Part shown: positions 1-13,564 of the stretch, piece after piece
Layout: each line of letters starts with the position of its first letter
Numbering within the stretch: position 1 is the first letter of the stretch
From: Eledone cirrhosa
Lineage: Eukaryota
DNA length: 64,000 bases
Direction of reading: 5' to 3'
Assembly (NCBI GenBank): GCA_964016885.1
Contig: OZ024748.1
Span: 9,858,001 to 9,922,000, forward strand
Notes under the pieces: generated by a model
Database searches by the model: none
Seen by the model: the letters and a program-made list of their open reading frames with translations, nothing else
What the model was told of the DNA's origin: nothing
Program-made: the position numbers and the translations under genes

Positions 1-3
1 TAT

Positions 4-37
<34 letters not shown>

Positions 38-174
38 ATTTAGAGCGCTATAACCCTTTTAAGGGAACAGAAGAATTCTGGCCAATATTCAGAGAAGTCT
101 TTGCTGATATTAAAATAATTATTCGGGGAATCTTTACTTTTTAAGCGTCAACAAAAATATATGATTTAAATAAT

Positions 175-306
175 TGTTTCTACTTTTGGCACAAAGCCAT
201 CAAATACCCAGTACATTACTGGTACTTTATTTTATCGACCCCGTAAGGATGAAAGGCAAAGTTAACCTCGGCGGGATTTGAACTCAGACCGTAAAGGGAC
301 GTAACT
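175..306 (-). mobile_element. tRNA-derived Meta-domain SINE (other copies near 1523, 2845, 3020, 30825, 44715, 45800, 48880, 50490, 54115, 55300)
   Basis: Recurrent gagttcaaatcccgccgaggttaactttgcctttcatccttacggggtcgataaaataaagtacc; B-box GTTCAAAT. Confidence 0.8.
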
Positions 307-1162
307 ATATACAGTTTAAAAGTAAAAGTGGTTTTGTTATTTGTTAAGCATGACTTAACCCGGAAGAAAGAAAAGAAGAAAGTCAGAAAAAAAGGAAAAT
401 AATAAGATGAAATGAAGAAAAGAAAGAGAAGATAAGCTGGTGTAGTGATAGCTATAAGGTTATAAAAGAAAAGGCAGTGCTCTCCATGTTTGCGAAATGT
501 AGGTCATAGCTGTTAGATGAGTCGACCTTCTTCCGGCTCAATGACTGCCTACCATTCCTCACATAAACAGAGAACAGACATAGCTATAGAGGGAGAGAGA
601 AAGTGAGTGTGTGTCAGTGAGAGAGAGATTGTGAGTAATTCTTCAGGCTCAATGCCTGCATACCTCTCCTCATATAAACAGAACACACATAACTATAGAG
701 GGAGAGAGAGAGAGAGTGTGAATGAATAAGAGAATGTGTGTGAGTAGCAGAGAAAGAGTGTGTGTGAATGAATGAATGAGAGAATGTATGTGAATGAATG
801 AATGAGAGAGTGTATAGTGATGGGGGAAAAAGACAGTGTGTGTAACTGAGTGAAAGAGAAAGAGTGTGTGAGCGAAAAGGATAGAGTATGTTTAACTAAA
901 AAGAGAGAGTATGCATAACTAAAAAGAGAGAAAGAGAAAGTATATATAACAAGAGAGTGTGAGGGAGAGTATGTTTGGACTGCCACTTTCTCTCTCTACA
1001 CTATACACTCAAAATATTTTACATGTAGGAAACAAAAGAAAATCTAAAATTATTATAGATGTTAGACTTCAAAGTATATGTATACACACACACACACACA
1101 CACATTATATATATATATATATAAAATAAATATGGTTTTATAAATATAGTTTCCATTTATTA

Positions 1163-1204
<42 letters not shown>

Positions 1205-3395
1205 GGAGCGTGTGTGTCAAGCAATGGGTATAAAGAAAATATTAACCATCCATACATAGCTCCTTTCCCGTTCACAGAAGATGAAGCTCATTAGATGCGT
1301 TAAACTATAAAAAAAAAATATTTCTAGTGAATGGATGATAGGGTAATGAAGAAATAAAGGATGGATAGCTTAGACAATAGTAACGACAATGAGGTCAGTG
1401 AAATGGGATGTTATGACAATTTATTTCGAAGGAAAAGTAGAAATAAAAATAATCTTCAATTAACAGTTTATTATTGTTTTTACTACTACCACTACTACTA
1501 CTAACAATAATAATAATAATAATTTCTACTTTTGGCACAAGGCCAGCAATTATCTCAGTGTATTACTGGTACTTTATTTTATCGACCCCGTAAGGATGAA
1601 AGGCAAGGTTAACCTCGGCGGGATTTGAACTCAGATCATAATAATAATAATCTATTATTAATTGAGCATTATCAGTTGTGAAATATACGGTGGGACCTTT
1701 ATAGCCTGTCAGGTGCTCCCGTCTTGATCCAGCAATACTAACCTATCAATCCTACACTAAAAGAAAAATGGCCCGCTTTTCTTGAAAAAGCCCAGTGGCT
1801 TAACAAAACGAAAGAGCAGTAAATAGGTCAGAATCAGAGAGTTCCATTTATACCAGCTCACATTATTATCATGACCATTATTATTATTATTGGTGGCGAT
1901 GGTGGTGAAAGTGATAACTGCCAGGAACAAGTGCTTGGTTACAAAATCGGTGTGCAGTTTGTTGTGATTACTGCATTGCTATCGCTCCCTCATTTTACGG
2001 CCAGCACTGAACACAGAGTAGGCAATTCTCACCACTAACCCCGCCACCACCACCATAGTATCAACAATAGTTTACTAGGTCACACTAATGTTGATTATAA
2101 CTGTTTAACTTGGAAATACCGACAGAAAAAATGTACTAATTTCAGCGTGGAAGTCGAGTTTAGTTCTTTTGTATTTGTGTTAGGATGTGTGTGTGAACTA
2201 ACTTTAAAAGTGGATATGATCAGATAATTCTGTCCAAATGTCTTGATTATAATAAATAGAAGAGGGAAGGATTAAATAAATAAGACCTCCAAGTAGAAAA
2301 CCTACATCATCATCATGAACAACATCACCATCATTCTAACGACAGAAGAGAAAAAAATATTAGGTGAGATTTTGAAAAAAAAATTAATAAAAGGATGTTA
2401 CAAATTAGACAAATATAAAGGGGAGGGGGGGGGGGACTAAATCACACACATACATTACTACCGTGTAATATAAACACACACACACAGTAAAAGTCTCACA
2501 CATTACTATCATGTTATATAAACACATACACATTCCTACTGTAATATAAACACATACACAGTAAAAGTCTTACACATTCCTACCGTGTTACATAAACACA
2601 CATACTACACAGTAAAAAAACAAAAACACTTTTGGCTAGTTGTTTGCTTTACATGGTTTTTTTTAAGGCTGTTCCAGCTTTTGGTTGATTAAATCGAACC
2701 CTAATGAGGGTTTAGTGCTAATTTTAGAGTGGTGGTGGGGGCAGGATTTGAACTGAAAGGACAAAAACATCGTTGTGACTGTCATCCCATTTGCCCCAAA
2801 TAATGATTTACTTTTAATGTAATAATGATTTTTTTAACGACTTGACTGGTATTATATTTTATCGGCCTCGGGTGGATGAAAAGCAAAGTTTACCTAGGAC
2901 AGGATTTGAACTCAGAACGTAAAGGGAAAGAACAAATGCCAGAAACTAATAGTAATAATAATAATAATAATGATTTCTTACGTTAGCACATGATTTTGAA
3001 AGGAAACGATCAATCTTAGCACTTATTTTATCGATCCGAAGGAGAGGGGGGTTATGAACAGTAAAAAGCTGGTCTTACGGGATTTGAACTGCACGAAATA
3101 TTGTACAGAATTCGACATGATTTCTGCTCCCTAATAATGGCACCAACAGTTTCTTTTGACACAGTAAAAGGCTATCAAATTTATAGAGGCAACGGAATGG
3201 AGAATTGAGGTGATTATCAAGAAAAACGGCTCCAACTCGGAAATCGAAATAGAAACATGAACAAGGGGGAATTAGACTTCAGATTTTGTCCTTACATTAT
3301 ATGTCGGGAAACGAGATAGCGAGAGGTTCACATTACAAAAACAATTTCTATGGTAAACACAGTTCCTTCTACTTTAGTAGAAGAAGCAGGTGTAA

Positions 3396-3433
<38 letters not shown>

Positions 3434-4255
3434 CAGCTAGCAAGAGCCCCAGAGCAGCGGTGATTGTAGTAGTAACAATGATAGTATTAACAGAGTCACG
3501 TACATTAATAAGGGCTGAAGTTGATACAACTGAACTTTGTCGATCCCAGAAGGACGAAAGGCCAAATAGATCCTAGCAAGATTTAAACTCAAGCGACGAA
3601 TTTAAAAGACTGTGGTAGTAATAAAAATAGGAGGCACAGATAGGGGCCGTACTTATAAATCCAGAATAAAAAAAACTAAATATTCAAACACTATAGCAAT
3701 ATTGTTTTATTGGCGTCAACCAAAATACGTTAGAAAAGGTAGAAAGGCGAAATAAATAAAAACAATAATAACGAAGAAAGAGTTGAAGAAGGATTTACAT
3801 GAAAATGGGGAGGGTTCAGCAATAAAAACAAATAATATACAATAAACACATGACTGTCAGTTAAAGCAAACAATAGATTAAAAAGAAATTAAGCTTATGG
3901 ACATAGTGTAGGAAGAGAGAGAAGTGAGGGGAAAATGTGAAGAAGAAGAAAAAACACGCATGTTGATATCAGGTCAAATGGTAAAAAGCTAGAGTATATA
4001 ATGTGTTTTATTTGGAATTTTATATATATATAGATGAGCAATAAAAACGGTTGTTAGGCCATGCTAAAACATCGGCAAATATATTGTATGGTGTTTTGCA
4101 GTGTTATTTTCTAATTTTTGCTGATATATTTACAGGTTCCCGATAACAGCATCTAAAAACAAACAACATTGATTCTAAAAGTCACAAGACTAAAAACGTC
4201 TTGTTAGAACACACACCTACATGCTTGACTATGTACATACATCGTATATAATATA

Positions 4256-4297
<42 letters not shown>

Positions 4298-4341
4298 AAT
4301 GATATTAAATAAATGGAATCTATATTTATAAAACCATATTT

Positions 4342-4380
<39 letters not shown>

Positions 4381-4381
<1 letters not shown>

Positions 4382-4462
4382 GTAGGGTGTCATCAAAAAA
4401 TGTATACACATTTTTATTAGAATACTGTTGAGGTGTGCATACATTTTTGGGACACCCTGTAT
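4381..4462. mobile_element. Tc1/mariner-type MITE
   Basis: TIRs (c/t)agggtgtc..aaaaatgtat.cac, flanked by TA. Confidence 0.7.
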
Positions 4463-4696
4463 ACACACACATACACCGAATTAAATGACTCGTGTATGAA
4501 CAAATAAGTATGAAAAGAACAGGAATTAATAGAGAATCGAAACCCGTATCGCTTCTTTGCCCCAGAAAAAAATTAACACACACAATATATATATATATAT
4601 ATATACATATATAACGATGAAGTTTTGTTTACATGTATTTATATATATATATAAAACGATGAAGTTTTGTTTACATGTATTTAGATTTTTATTGTG

Positions 4697-4798
4697 TATC
4701 ATCCTGTAACGCGTGTTTCGCAGAGGACTGGCTCAGGATCACCCATAGGAGCTATGGACTCGACTCCATTATCGATTCTGCTCTTCAGACTGGAGATG
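4697..4798 (-). ncRNA. Hammerhead ribozyme motif (Penelope-type) with long stem II
   Basis: Minus strand: ccagt-CTGAAGA-GCAGA...TCTGC-GAAA-CACGCG-TT-acagg, followed by AATAAA. Confidence 0.7.
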
Positions 4799-4928
4799 CG
4801 CCAAAAAACATAATGGAGCCAGGTCCAAAACTCCTATGGGTGACCCTGAGCCAATCCTCTGTGAAATGTGCATAACAGGTCAATACACAATAAAAATCTA
4901 AATAGATGTAAATGAAACTTCATCGTTT

Positions 4929-4967
<39 letters not shown>

Positions 4968-5079
4968 TCTGCCAATGTATAGTGTGATTGTTTTGGTACC
5001 ACCACTAGTAATTCACTGAATCACCTACATTATATATGTATTTCGTAACAGTCAGGTGAACACACAAGCCAAATTGATT

Positions 5080-7830
5080 ACTCACTCATAAGACAATAAG
5101 ATAAGCGGACTGTAACAAACACTAAGGCCTTCCCTGGGGCAGAATGCACTGCCCAACACAAGTTAGTTATTAGTGACATCAAAATAAACACAAGACAGAA
5201 CAAGACACGCAGGAAAATATGGAGACAGAGGGTTTGGAAGGCAAAGGACCTTTCAGTTAAATATAGGTTTAGAAAGGCCCTACAGAATGCAGTAGATGAG
5301 AGGGGTGATGAGCTAAATACATATAACGTAGAGGATAACTGTATATTCCAACGTGACAACCTTTTGCAAACCAGACGTGACAAGTGGCTGGAGTATAGTG
5401 CCAGTCAGATAGAGGGTGACTTGGTGATGGAAGAGCACAGTGAATAGAGCCATTAAAGCCAAGAGACAGGATGTAAAGACTGGAAAAATGGGGGTTGCAG
5501 AAACCAGTACCAGGTAGCTAAAAGAGAAGATAGACAACAGGTATAAACAGCTCAAAGAGAGGCTGAAAAGAGAAAGTTTGCCAATGTCTTGAGACACGAG
5601 GACCAGAGACATGAAGTATTTAACAATGCAAGGCGGTGTATTTGTTTAAATTGAGATGTTGGGGGGGAGGGGGGAACTGTGCACTTAGCACCACTGATGC
5701 CACAAAGAAAGAAGCCTGGACTTGTTACTATGAGTGATTGATGACTGTAAGAGAATGCTTGGGAGGAAGAGAAACTACCCCCAAGTTACCCAAGAGAAGG
5801 AGCAGCTATTGAAGTTGATAGTTATAGGGTCAAAGAAGCATTCAAAGAGAAGAAGAATGGTAATGCTGCATGACCATCAGAAATAGTTGCTGAGATGCTG
5901 AAAGCATCAGGAGAAGTAGGAGCTCAACTAGTAACCTGCATAGTCAATCAGATAATATATGACAGAGTCATACCCAATGACTGGCGCAGCAGTACAATCA
6001 TAAATTGCTACAAGGGCAAAGGTGATGCTCTAGAAAGGAGCAATTATAGAGGAAAAAAACTAATGGATCAAGTTATCAAAGAGACAGAAAGAGTTATAGT
6101 ACTACTAATTAGAAAGAGAATAAAATTAGACGAGATGCAATTTGGTTTCATACCAGGAAAAAGTACCACAGATGCCCTCTTTTTCATGAGGCAACAACAA
6201 GAGTTCTTAGCCAAAAATAAACCACTATACCTAACTTTCATTGATCAAGAAAAAGTGTTTGACAGAGTACCTCAATCTATTATCTGGTGCTCCTTAAGGA
6301 AACTATGTGTAGAAGAATGATTGGTGAGAGCAGTGCAAATCATGTACAGAGGAGCTGTCAGTTAAATGAGAATAGGAAATGAGTTTAGTGAGGAATTCAA
6401 GGTACAAATTGTAGAAAATGAGTAGGCATAAACTCCATACAATGTACACAATGTAAATCTTGGATACACAAGAGCTGTAGTGGGATAACAGGTAGACTTA
6501 CAGGAAAGGAAGATTTTCTATGTAGAAGATGCACAAGGGTAACCGAAGGGAAGAGAGCCTAGAAACAAAAGGGTCTTAAAGTTAACTTGTCAAAGACCAA
6601 AGTCCTAGTATGTAGAAAGGAAAACAGGACCCAGATTCCTTCAGGGAATTGGCCATGCTCAGTGTGCAGAAAAGGAGTAGGTAGAAATTTTATCCAAAGT
6701 CCCAAACACAAACTATGGGTTCACAAGATGTAGTTCGATCTCAGGCAGGCTAGCAAAGAACGTAAGTTTTATATGTGGTTGATGTACAGGTGCAGCAAGA
6801 AGTCACATGATACTAGCTCCCTCAAATGTCCAGAGGGCTCTGTAGAATTAGGAGATAGTTTCTGATACCTGGGTGACCAAATTAGCAGTGGACAAGGGTT
6901 GTTCCAAAAGCAAAGCACAGTAGCCTGAGTGAGAATGTGCAGGGATCTACTGCCACTGCAAACTACAAAAGGTTTTTTCCTCAAAATGAAGGGCAGATTG
7001 CATCTATACAAACAACAATGTAGCATGGTAGTGAGACCTGGACACAGTGTAAAGAGGATCTGTGAAGATTAGAAAGAAATGAAGTTTCCATGCTTCTATG
7101 GATGTATAATAGCAATATACATTAACAGCAAAGCATAAATGAACCTCGAGAGAAATTAGGCATAAGAGGGATCAGATTCAGTGTGCAAGAGAGGAGATTG
7201 TGTTGGTATGGTCATGTAATGCGTATGAAGGATGACAGCTGTATAAAAAGGTGCAGGACACTCAAAGTTGATGGAAGCCTTGGTGTGGGGAGACCCAGGA
7301 AGACTTGGGATGATGTGATAAAAGCTGACCTTGCACAATTGCACCTCTCAAAGGCGGCAGAAGACCGTGATCTCCAGCATTATAAAGTAACACAGAAGAC
7401 ATGCCTTCCCAAGTAAACGGGTTGAGGCATACATCTAGAATGCACCACCTTCCACTCCATCACTCCTTCCATACACCTCCCACGTCATAACAACCCAATA
7501 TTATAACACTCCACCCATGCCCTAACACTCCATTGACATTTTGACACCTCACCCACACCGCTAGATTTACCTCCCCAATCCCCATGCACGTCCCCCACTG
7601 GTCGTTTGGTGCCATAACAAAAAAGCGCTCAGCCCACACTGTAAAGTGTTTGTGTAGGTGTTATGACAAAAAACACACTGTAAATGTAGTTGGCATTAGG
7701 AAGGGTATCCAGCTGTAGAAACCAAGGCAAGACACAGTCACCTAACTTGATTTGCCTCAATTGGGACAACCCGTCTAACACATGCTAGTGTGGAAAATGA
7801 CGTTAAATGGTGATGATGATGATGATATAT
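5080..7830 (+). mobile_element. Decayed RTE-clade LINE (APE end, RT, 3' UTR, (GAT)n tail)
   Basis: QFGFIPGKSTTDA, EKVFDRVP, RRLCWYGHVMR, GRPRKTW motifs; many stops. Confidence 0.9.
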
Positions 7831-7849
7831 ATATATATAGTCATCATCA

Positions 7850-9262
7850 TCCTCTAACATTATGAAAGTGATGGAAAGAGTTATAGCGCAGCTAATTAGA
7901 AAGAGAGTAAAATTAGACGAGATGCAGTTTGGTTTCATGCCTGGGAAAAGTACCACAGATGCCCCCTTTTTAGTGAGGTAACTACAAGAGAAGTTCTTAG
8001 CCAAAAATAAGCCACTATATCTAGCTTTCATTGATCAAGAAAGAGCATTTGACAGAGTACCTCAATCTATTATCTGGTGGTCCTTAAGGAAACTGTGTGT
8101 AGAAGAATGGTTGGTGAGAGCAGTGCAAATCATGTACAGAGGAGCTGTCAGTAAAATGAGAATAGGAAATGAGTTTAGTGAGGAATTCAAGGTACAAATT
8201 GGAGTTCATCAAGGTTCAGTTCTTAGCCCACTTCTAATCATCATAGTTTTTCAGGCCATAACAGAGGAATTTAAGACAGGCTGCCCATTGGAACTTCTCT
8301 ATGCAGATGATCTGGTCTTTATAGCTGAACCCATTAAAGAACTAGAAAATATGTTCTGACTATGGAAACAGAATTTAGAAACAAAAGTGTTAGTGAGAAG
8401 GAGGGAAAATAGGATCCTTATTCCCTCAGGGAAGTAGCCCTGCTCAATATGTAGAAAGGGAGTAAGCAGAAACTCCATACAATGTACACATTGTAAATCT
8501 TGGGTACACAAGAGGTGTAGTGGGAGAACAGGTAGACTAACAAGAAAGGAAGACTTTCTATGTAGAATATGCACAAAGGTAACGGAGGGGAAGAGAGCCA
8601 GTGATGTAAATCTATTCCAGTCACAGGAATTATCCATAGAAGTGGTTGATAGTTTCTGCCATCTAGATGACATAATTAGCAACAGAGGATTGTGCTCTGA
8701 GAGCATAATAGTTAGAATATGGATAGGATGGAAGAAGTTGAGAGAACTACTCCCACTGTTGACAACAAAAGGTTTCTCCCTACGTACAAAAGGACGACTG
8801 TATGACACGTGTGTGAAGTACGATGCTGCATGGTACTGTAACACGGACAGTGACTGCAGAAGACATGCGTAGACTGGAGAGAAATGAAGCAACCATGCTT
8901 TGTTGGATAGGCAATGTAACTGTTTGAGAGAAAGGCAGAGCTTGGACAAGTTGAGGGAGAAGCTGGGTTTAAGAGGAATCTGAGGTGGTGTACAGGAGAG
9001 AAGACTTGCATTGGTATGGACATGTGATGCACATGGACAATGATCATTGGATGAAGAAGTGCCAGGAAATACGAGTGGAAGGAAGCTGCAGTAGAGGTAG
9101 ACCAAGAATGACCTGGGTAGAGGTGGTGAGAGCTGACCTCAAATCACTGAGACTCACAGAGGAGATGATGAATAAACGTGGTGAGTGGAGAGATGCTGTG
9201 TTGAGAAGGACCTGTCCAAATCATGCAAGTGTGGAAGAATGGATGTAAAAACGATGATGATA
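7850..9262 (+). mobile_element. Second, 5'-truncated RTE LINE copy in tandem
   Basis: GVHQGSVLSP, LLYADDL, RGRPRMTW, GATGAT tail; internal C4HC3 finger at 8441-8572. Confidence 0.92.
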
Positions 9263-9274
9263 TATATATTTTTG

Positions 9275-10545
9275 ATAGATTTTGGCCAGAATTAGCCCAG
9301 GCCATGTCTAACTTAATAGCACAACTTGGCAAAGTCTTTCAAATCATGATTCACACCTCAGTCATGTTTTGGACACTATGGCCCACTCAAGTAGAGAGTT
9401 ATTATTTTCGAAGACTTATCTAGGTGTAGGGTGTTTATCCGGAATTCTTGGAGGAATTTGTCGAGGGATATTTTGAAGTTTATGGGATCTGTTTCTATAT
9501 TTTGGTATGAAGTTAAAGTGAGTGGGACCAGTTGAGGTGAAATAATTGTACCATAATATTGTTATGAGATGTGAAATGATTTTTTGTAGATAGCAAGGGG
9601 GCCAAGCCTTAGGTATATTTTAAAGATGATGCCAACATCATTTGAGCATGCAGATAATGTAGCGCTTATGTCAGTGTTGGAGAGAATAGAGTTTAAGCTT
9701 TTCTAGTTGACTGTCATGCCATCTATCTTTTTTGTGATTGACCTTTGAAGTGCTTCAATTTTCCTGATACTTTATTTCCTGTTGACAACAATATTCAAGG
9801 AGGAGTTGGGCAAAAGTAGAGAAGAGAAGGATTATAGTTTGGATATTCCTTGACTGCAAAGTTCTGAGAATCCAGGAACACATTCTGAGGGCCACGTTAA
9901 CTTTGTTGTTTATATAAGTGGGCCAGCTTAAGTTGTTATCAACAATTACTCTCAGGTTTCTGATGTTGTTGGATGCCATGAGGGTCTTACCTGCAGGAAG
10001 AGAATATAATTTCAGTGCATCCAAAATGACTTAGCTCGAATTTATCCTTGTTCAGCAGCAAAATAGCCCCCTCCCCCCCATTGGATAACAGCCAGTAGAT
10101 TTGATTGAAGGCATGTCTGGTGGTCAGCCACTCTATTGATGACCTTCTGGAACTTGGAATCATCTGCAAAGATTCTTATGTTGCTGTGCTTGATGACGTC
10201 GATAATGTCAAATATATAAATAATGAAGAGAAGAGGGGGCCCAACACAGTGCCTTGTGGGACGCCACTACTGACTTTCGCTGGGCTTGATTTTACTCCTT
10301 CAACTACAACATGTTGGGCTCTATTCATTAGGAAACACTTAATCCATTGTAGTAACTTTCCAGGAATACCATTATTGTGATCAATCCTGTGAAAGGCCGA
10401 GCTGAACTCAAGGTAGATGACATTAGTGTTTGAGCCCTCTCCGAAAGCTCTTAAAATATCATTAAAGTGATGCAGGAGCTGCGTTAGGCAGTCCTTGCCA
10501 TTACAGAGCCCATGTTGATTGGATTTCAGCAGATTGTTGCTTTCA
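9275..10545 (-). mobile_element. Decayed CR1/L2/Jockey-group LINE RT fragment
   Basis: NQHGL..GKDCLTQLL, SGVPQGTVLGP, FADDSK; 3' end shared with about 47975-48020. Confidence 0.85.
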
Positions 10546-10564
10546 CATATATACACATGTCTAT

Positions 10565-10995
10565 AATCATCGTTTTACATTTGCTTTTCCTTGCTTGCAA
10601 AGGTGGGACAGGTCCTTTTCAGTACAGCATCTCTCCATTCGTCACAGTCCTTCGTCATTTCCTCTGTGAGCTTCAGCGATCTGGAGTCAGCTCTCACCAC
10701 CATGATTTTTGTGGTCTTCTACTGTGTTTTCCTTGCACTTCTTTACCCAGTGGTCATCCTCTATGCACATCACATGTCCATACCAACACAGTCTTTTCTC
10801 CCGCACACGACAGTTTATCCCTCTTATACACAGTTTCTCTCTCAACTTGTCTATGCTTGGTTGGTCACACACACATTGACATTGTACATCCATAGGAGCA
10901 TGCTTGCTTCATTTCTCTCCAGCCGTCGCATATCCTCCGCAGTTGCTGCCCATGTCTCACTACCATGCAGCATCGCGCATCTCACACAGGTATCA
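10565..10995 (-). mobile_element. RTE LINE 3' fragment
   Basis: KRLCWYGHVM motif; same 3' end as the 7850-9262 copy. Confidence 0.85.
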
Positions 10996-11099
10996 TGTAT
11001 CTATATACATATATATATATACACACACACAGATATAAACATATATATATATATATATACATATATATGTACACATATCTATAGCTCTATATATATAGC

Positions 11100-11130
<31 letters not shown>

Positions 11131-11249
11131 AATTTGGGACCCCAATGGCTGAGCTCCAGCTGTTTCAACAGTAATATTTTATATTACTCACTCTACTACC
11201 CCAAGTATCGAGTACTCTGGTGAGTAATCGTCTAATAGTGATGGAGAGT

Positions 11250-12350
11250 AATGATATACCTCTATAGTTCCCACAGGTTTTTCAGTCACTTTTTTTTAAA
11301 GATTGTTATGATGACTGCATCTTTCAGAGGAACTTTAAAGAGGTGGAAAATGAGGGTTTGCCAGGGTAAACCTCCTTGTTTGATCTGTTCGAAAGGGATT
11401 TTGTCTGGGTCTCGGGACTTCCTTGATCGCTTTTGCTTCATAGCTTGCTTGAATTCTTGAAAAATATGCCTTATGTTCATCCACAGCTAAGGATGATGAT
11501 TTGAAATATTTCTCAGGAAGTCCCCAGCTGGGTTTGAGTTTCTATATAGGAGGGTGTAAAAATGTTCCTTCCAGCATAGAAGCATGTCTTGTGGATTGGT
11601 CAGGATGTTTGTATTGTCAACTGCTAGAAGGGATCCAGTTGATGTTCCTACTGGTCCAAATAGTTGTTTCATTCCAGTATAGACATTTCTGAAATCATGT
11701 GCATTTGCATAGCCTTGAAGTTCAACTGCTTTTTGTTGCTACCAAATATTCTGCAGTTCTTTGATATTCCTGTTTTAAGGTTCTGGAAATGCTTCTTTTT
11801 GAGTCTGGATCTTTGATCTTGTTCATGAGCCAGACAAGTATTCTCTTTTGTTTCAATGCAGTTGTTGATTTCAATATTGTTTTCATCAAACCAATCCTGA
11901 TTTTTGGTCTTGGTGAAGCTGATGACAGTCAAAGGATCGAATCGCTGACCATAAATCATCGTCTTTGATGGTCATGACGTAGAAGAATGGAAGAGTCAAG
12001 GTTTCCATGTCAAGTCTTCAGCAAGCTCACTTCAGGGAGTAGACCACGGGTTAGTCTTCTTCAAAGATATAATGATCAATTCAAAGCAACACCGAAAGCT
12101 ATTGAGCCTACATCATTTGAAACAAACACAAGACTGTAACAAGTGGCAGTGCTCCATCACAACCAAACACTTTGAAGAGAAAAGAAGAAATTAAATAACA
12201 AGAGGGAAAGCCTTGACAAAATCATCCTCATCAATGCCATCGGCTCTTCCATGAAAAATTGGTCTACTTGGTCATCAGTGTCATCACCATAGAGGAAATG
12301 TTCAGCTAAGAAGGAATTAAATCCTCAGATACAAGATAAGGCCAATGACT
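11250..12350 (-). mobile_element. Decayed RTE (BovB-like) LINE with internal deletion
   Basis: QDWFDENN, WKEHF..LL, DPDKIPFE..KQGG, DAVIITIFKK motifs. Confidence 0.75.
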
Positions 12351-12407
12351 ATATATATATATATATATACACACACATATATAAACAAATATATATATAT
12401 TCTCATT

Positions 12408-12447
12408 CTATATACTGATGAAATACCAATATCTGAAACGTTAAGAC
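12408..12447 (+). ncRNA. Degenerate minimal hammerhead motif
   Basis: CTGATGA(12415)...GAAA-CG-TT-aaga; stem II decayed; flanks homologous to the 46848 copy. Confidence 0.5.
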
Positions 12448-12540
12448 TCTTTTCCTATTATATCAAGCGTTAAACTAATATATTTCCTCGTTGCACTGTC
12501 GTTTGCTTTATTTGTTTACCTTTAGCATACATATTGATAT

Positions 12541-12634
12541 ATATTCTAGGGTCCCAAATAATAGAGGGTGGGTGAGGTGAATCTGAAAAATTAATAAATG
12601 GGGAGAGGAACGATTATTCGAAACCTTAGAGTAT
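12541..12634. mobile_element. Small MITE
   Basis: Imperfect ~23-bp TIRs atattctagggtcccaaataat / attattcgaaaccttagagtat. Confidence 0.5.
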
Positions 12635-12644
12635 ACACACACAC

Positions 12645-12686
<42 letters not shown>

Positions 12687-13190
12687 CTTACTGGGGTGTG
12701 TTATGGTTGTAAATACGATAGAAAAATTCGTAAATGGAGAAGTTAAGGAATGAGAGTTAAGTTCACTATGGGTTCACCCCTATATATTGTTTTTGTCGGC
12801 TCTAGCCTAAATAGGTACTGGTTCTTAATATTTCCTTACTCTATGGCCCAGTACAAGATCCAAAACGAATCTGATGCACCTCTCAACATAAAAAAAAACA
12901 TGCTTGGTTTAAAAAAAATATATAACGTGAAATTAGATTAGTCTTTAAAATATAGAAATAGCACCCCCCACCCCCCACATGTTCAAAATTTGTAGTTGAT
13001 CGTTGAATATACTACCCGGATATCTCATCCTTCATCAAACTATGGCATGGATCAAATAAACTAGTTTTTCACTAAACATTATACACATATTTGTAAAGTC
13101 ACATTAAACAGTCCAGTCTCAATACTACAGTTAACTTTATTAAATACTTGTTTTTCAACGGAAAATCGCACATGTCATCATGTAACCGCA

Positions 13191-13564
<374 letters not shown>

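Noticed and set aside
175-306. tRNA genes at B-box-containing repeats
   Set aside because: These are SINE heads without a full cloverleaf.
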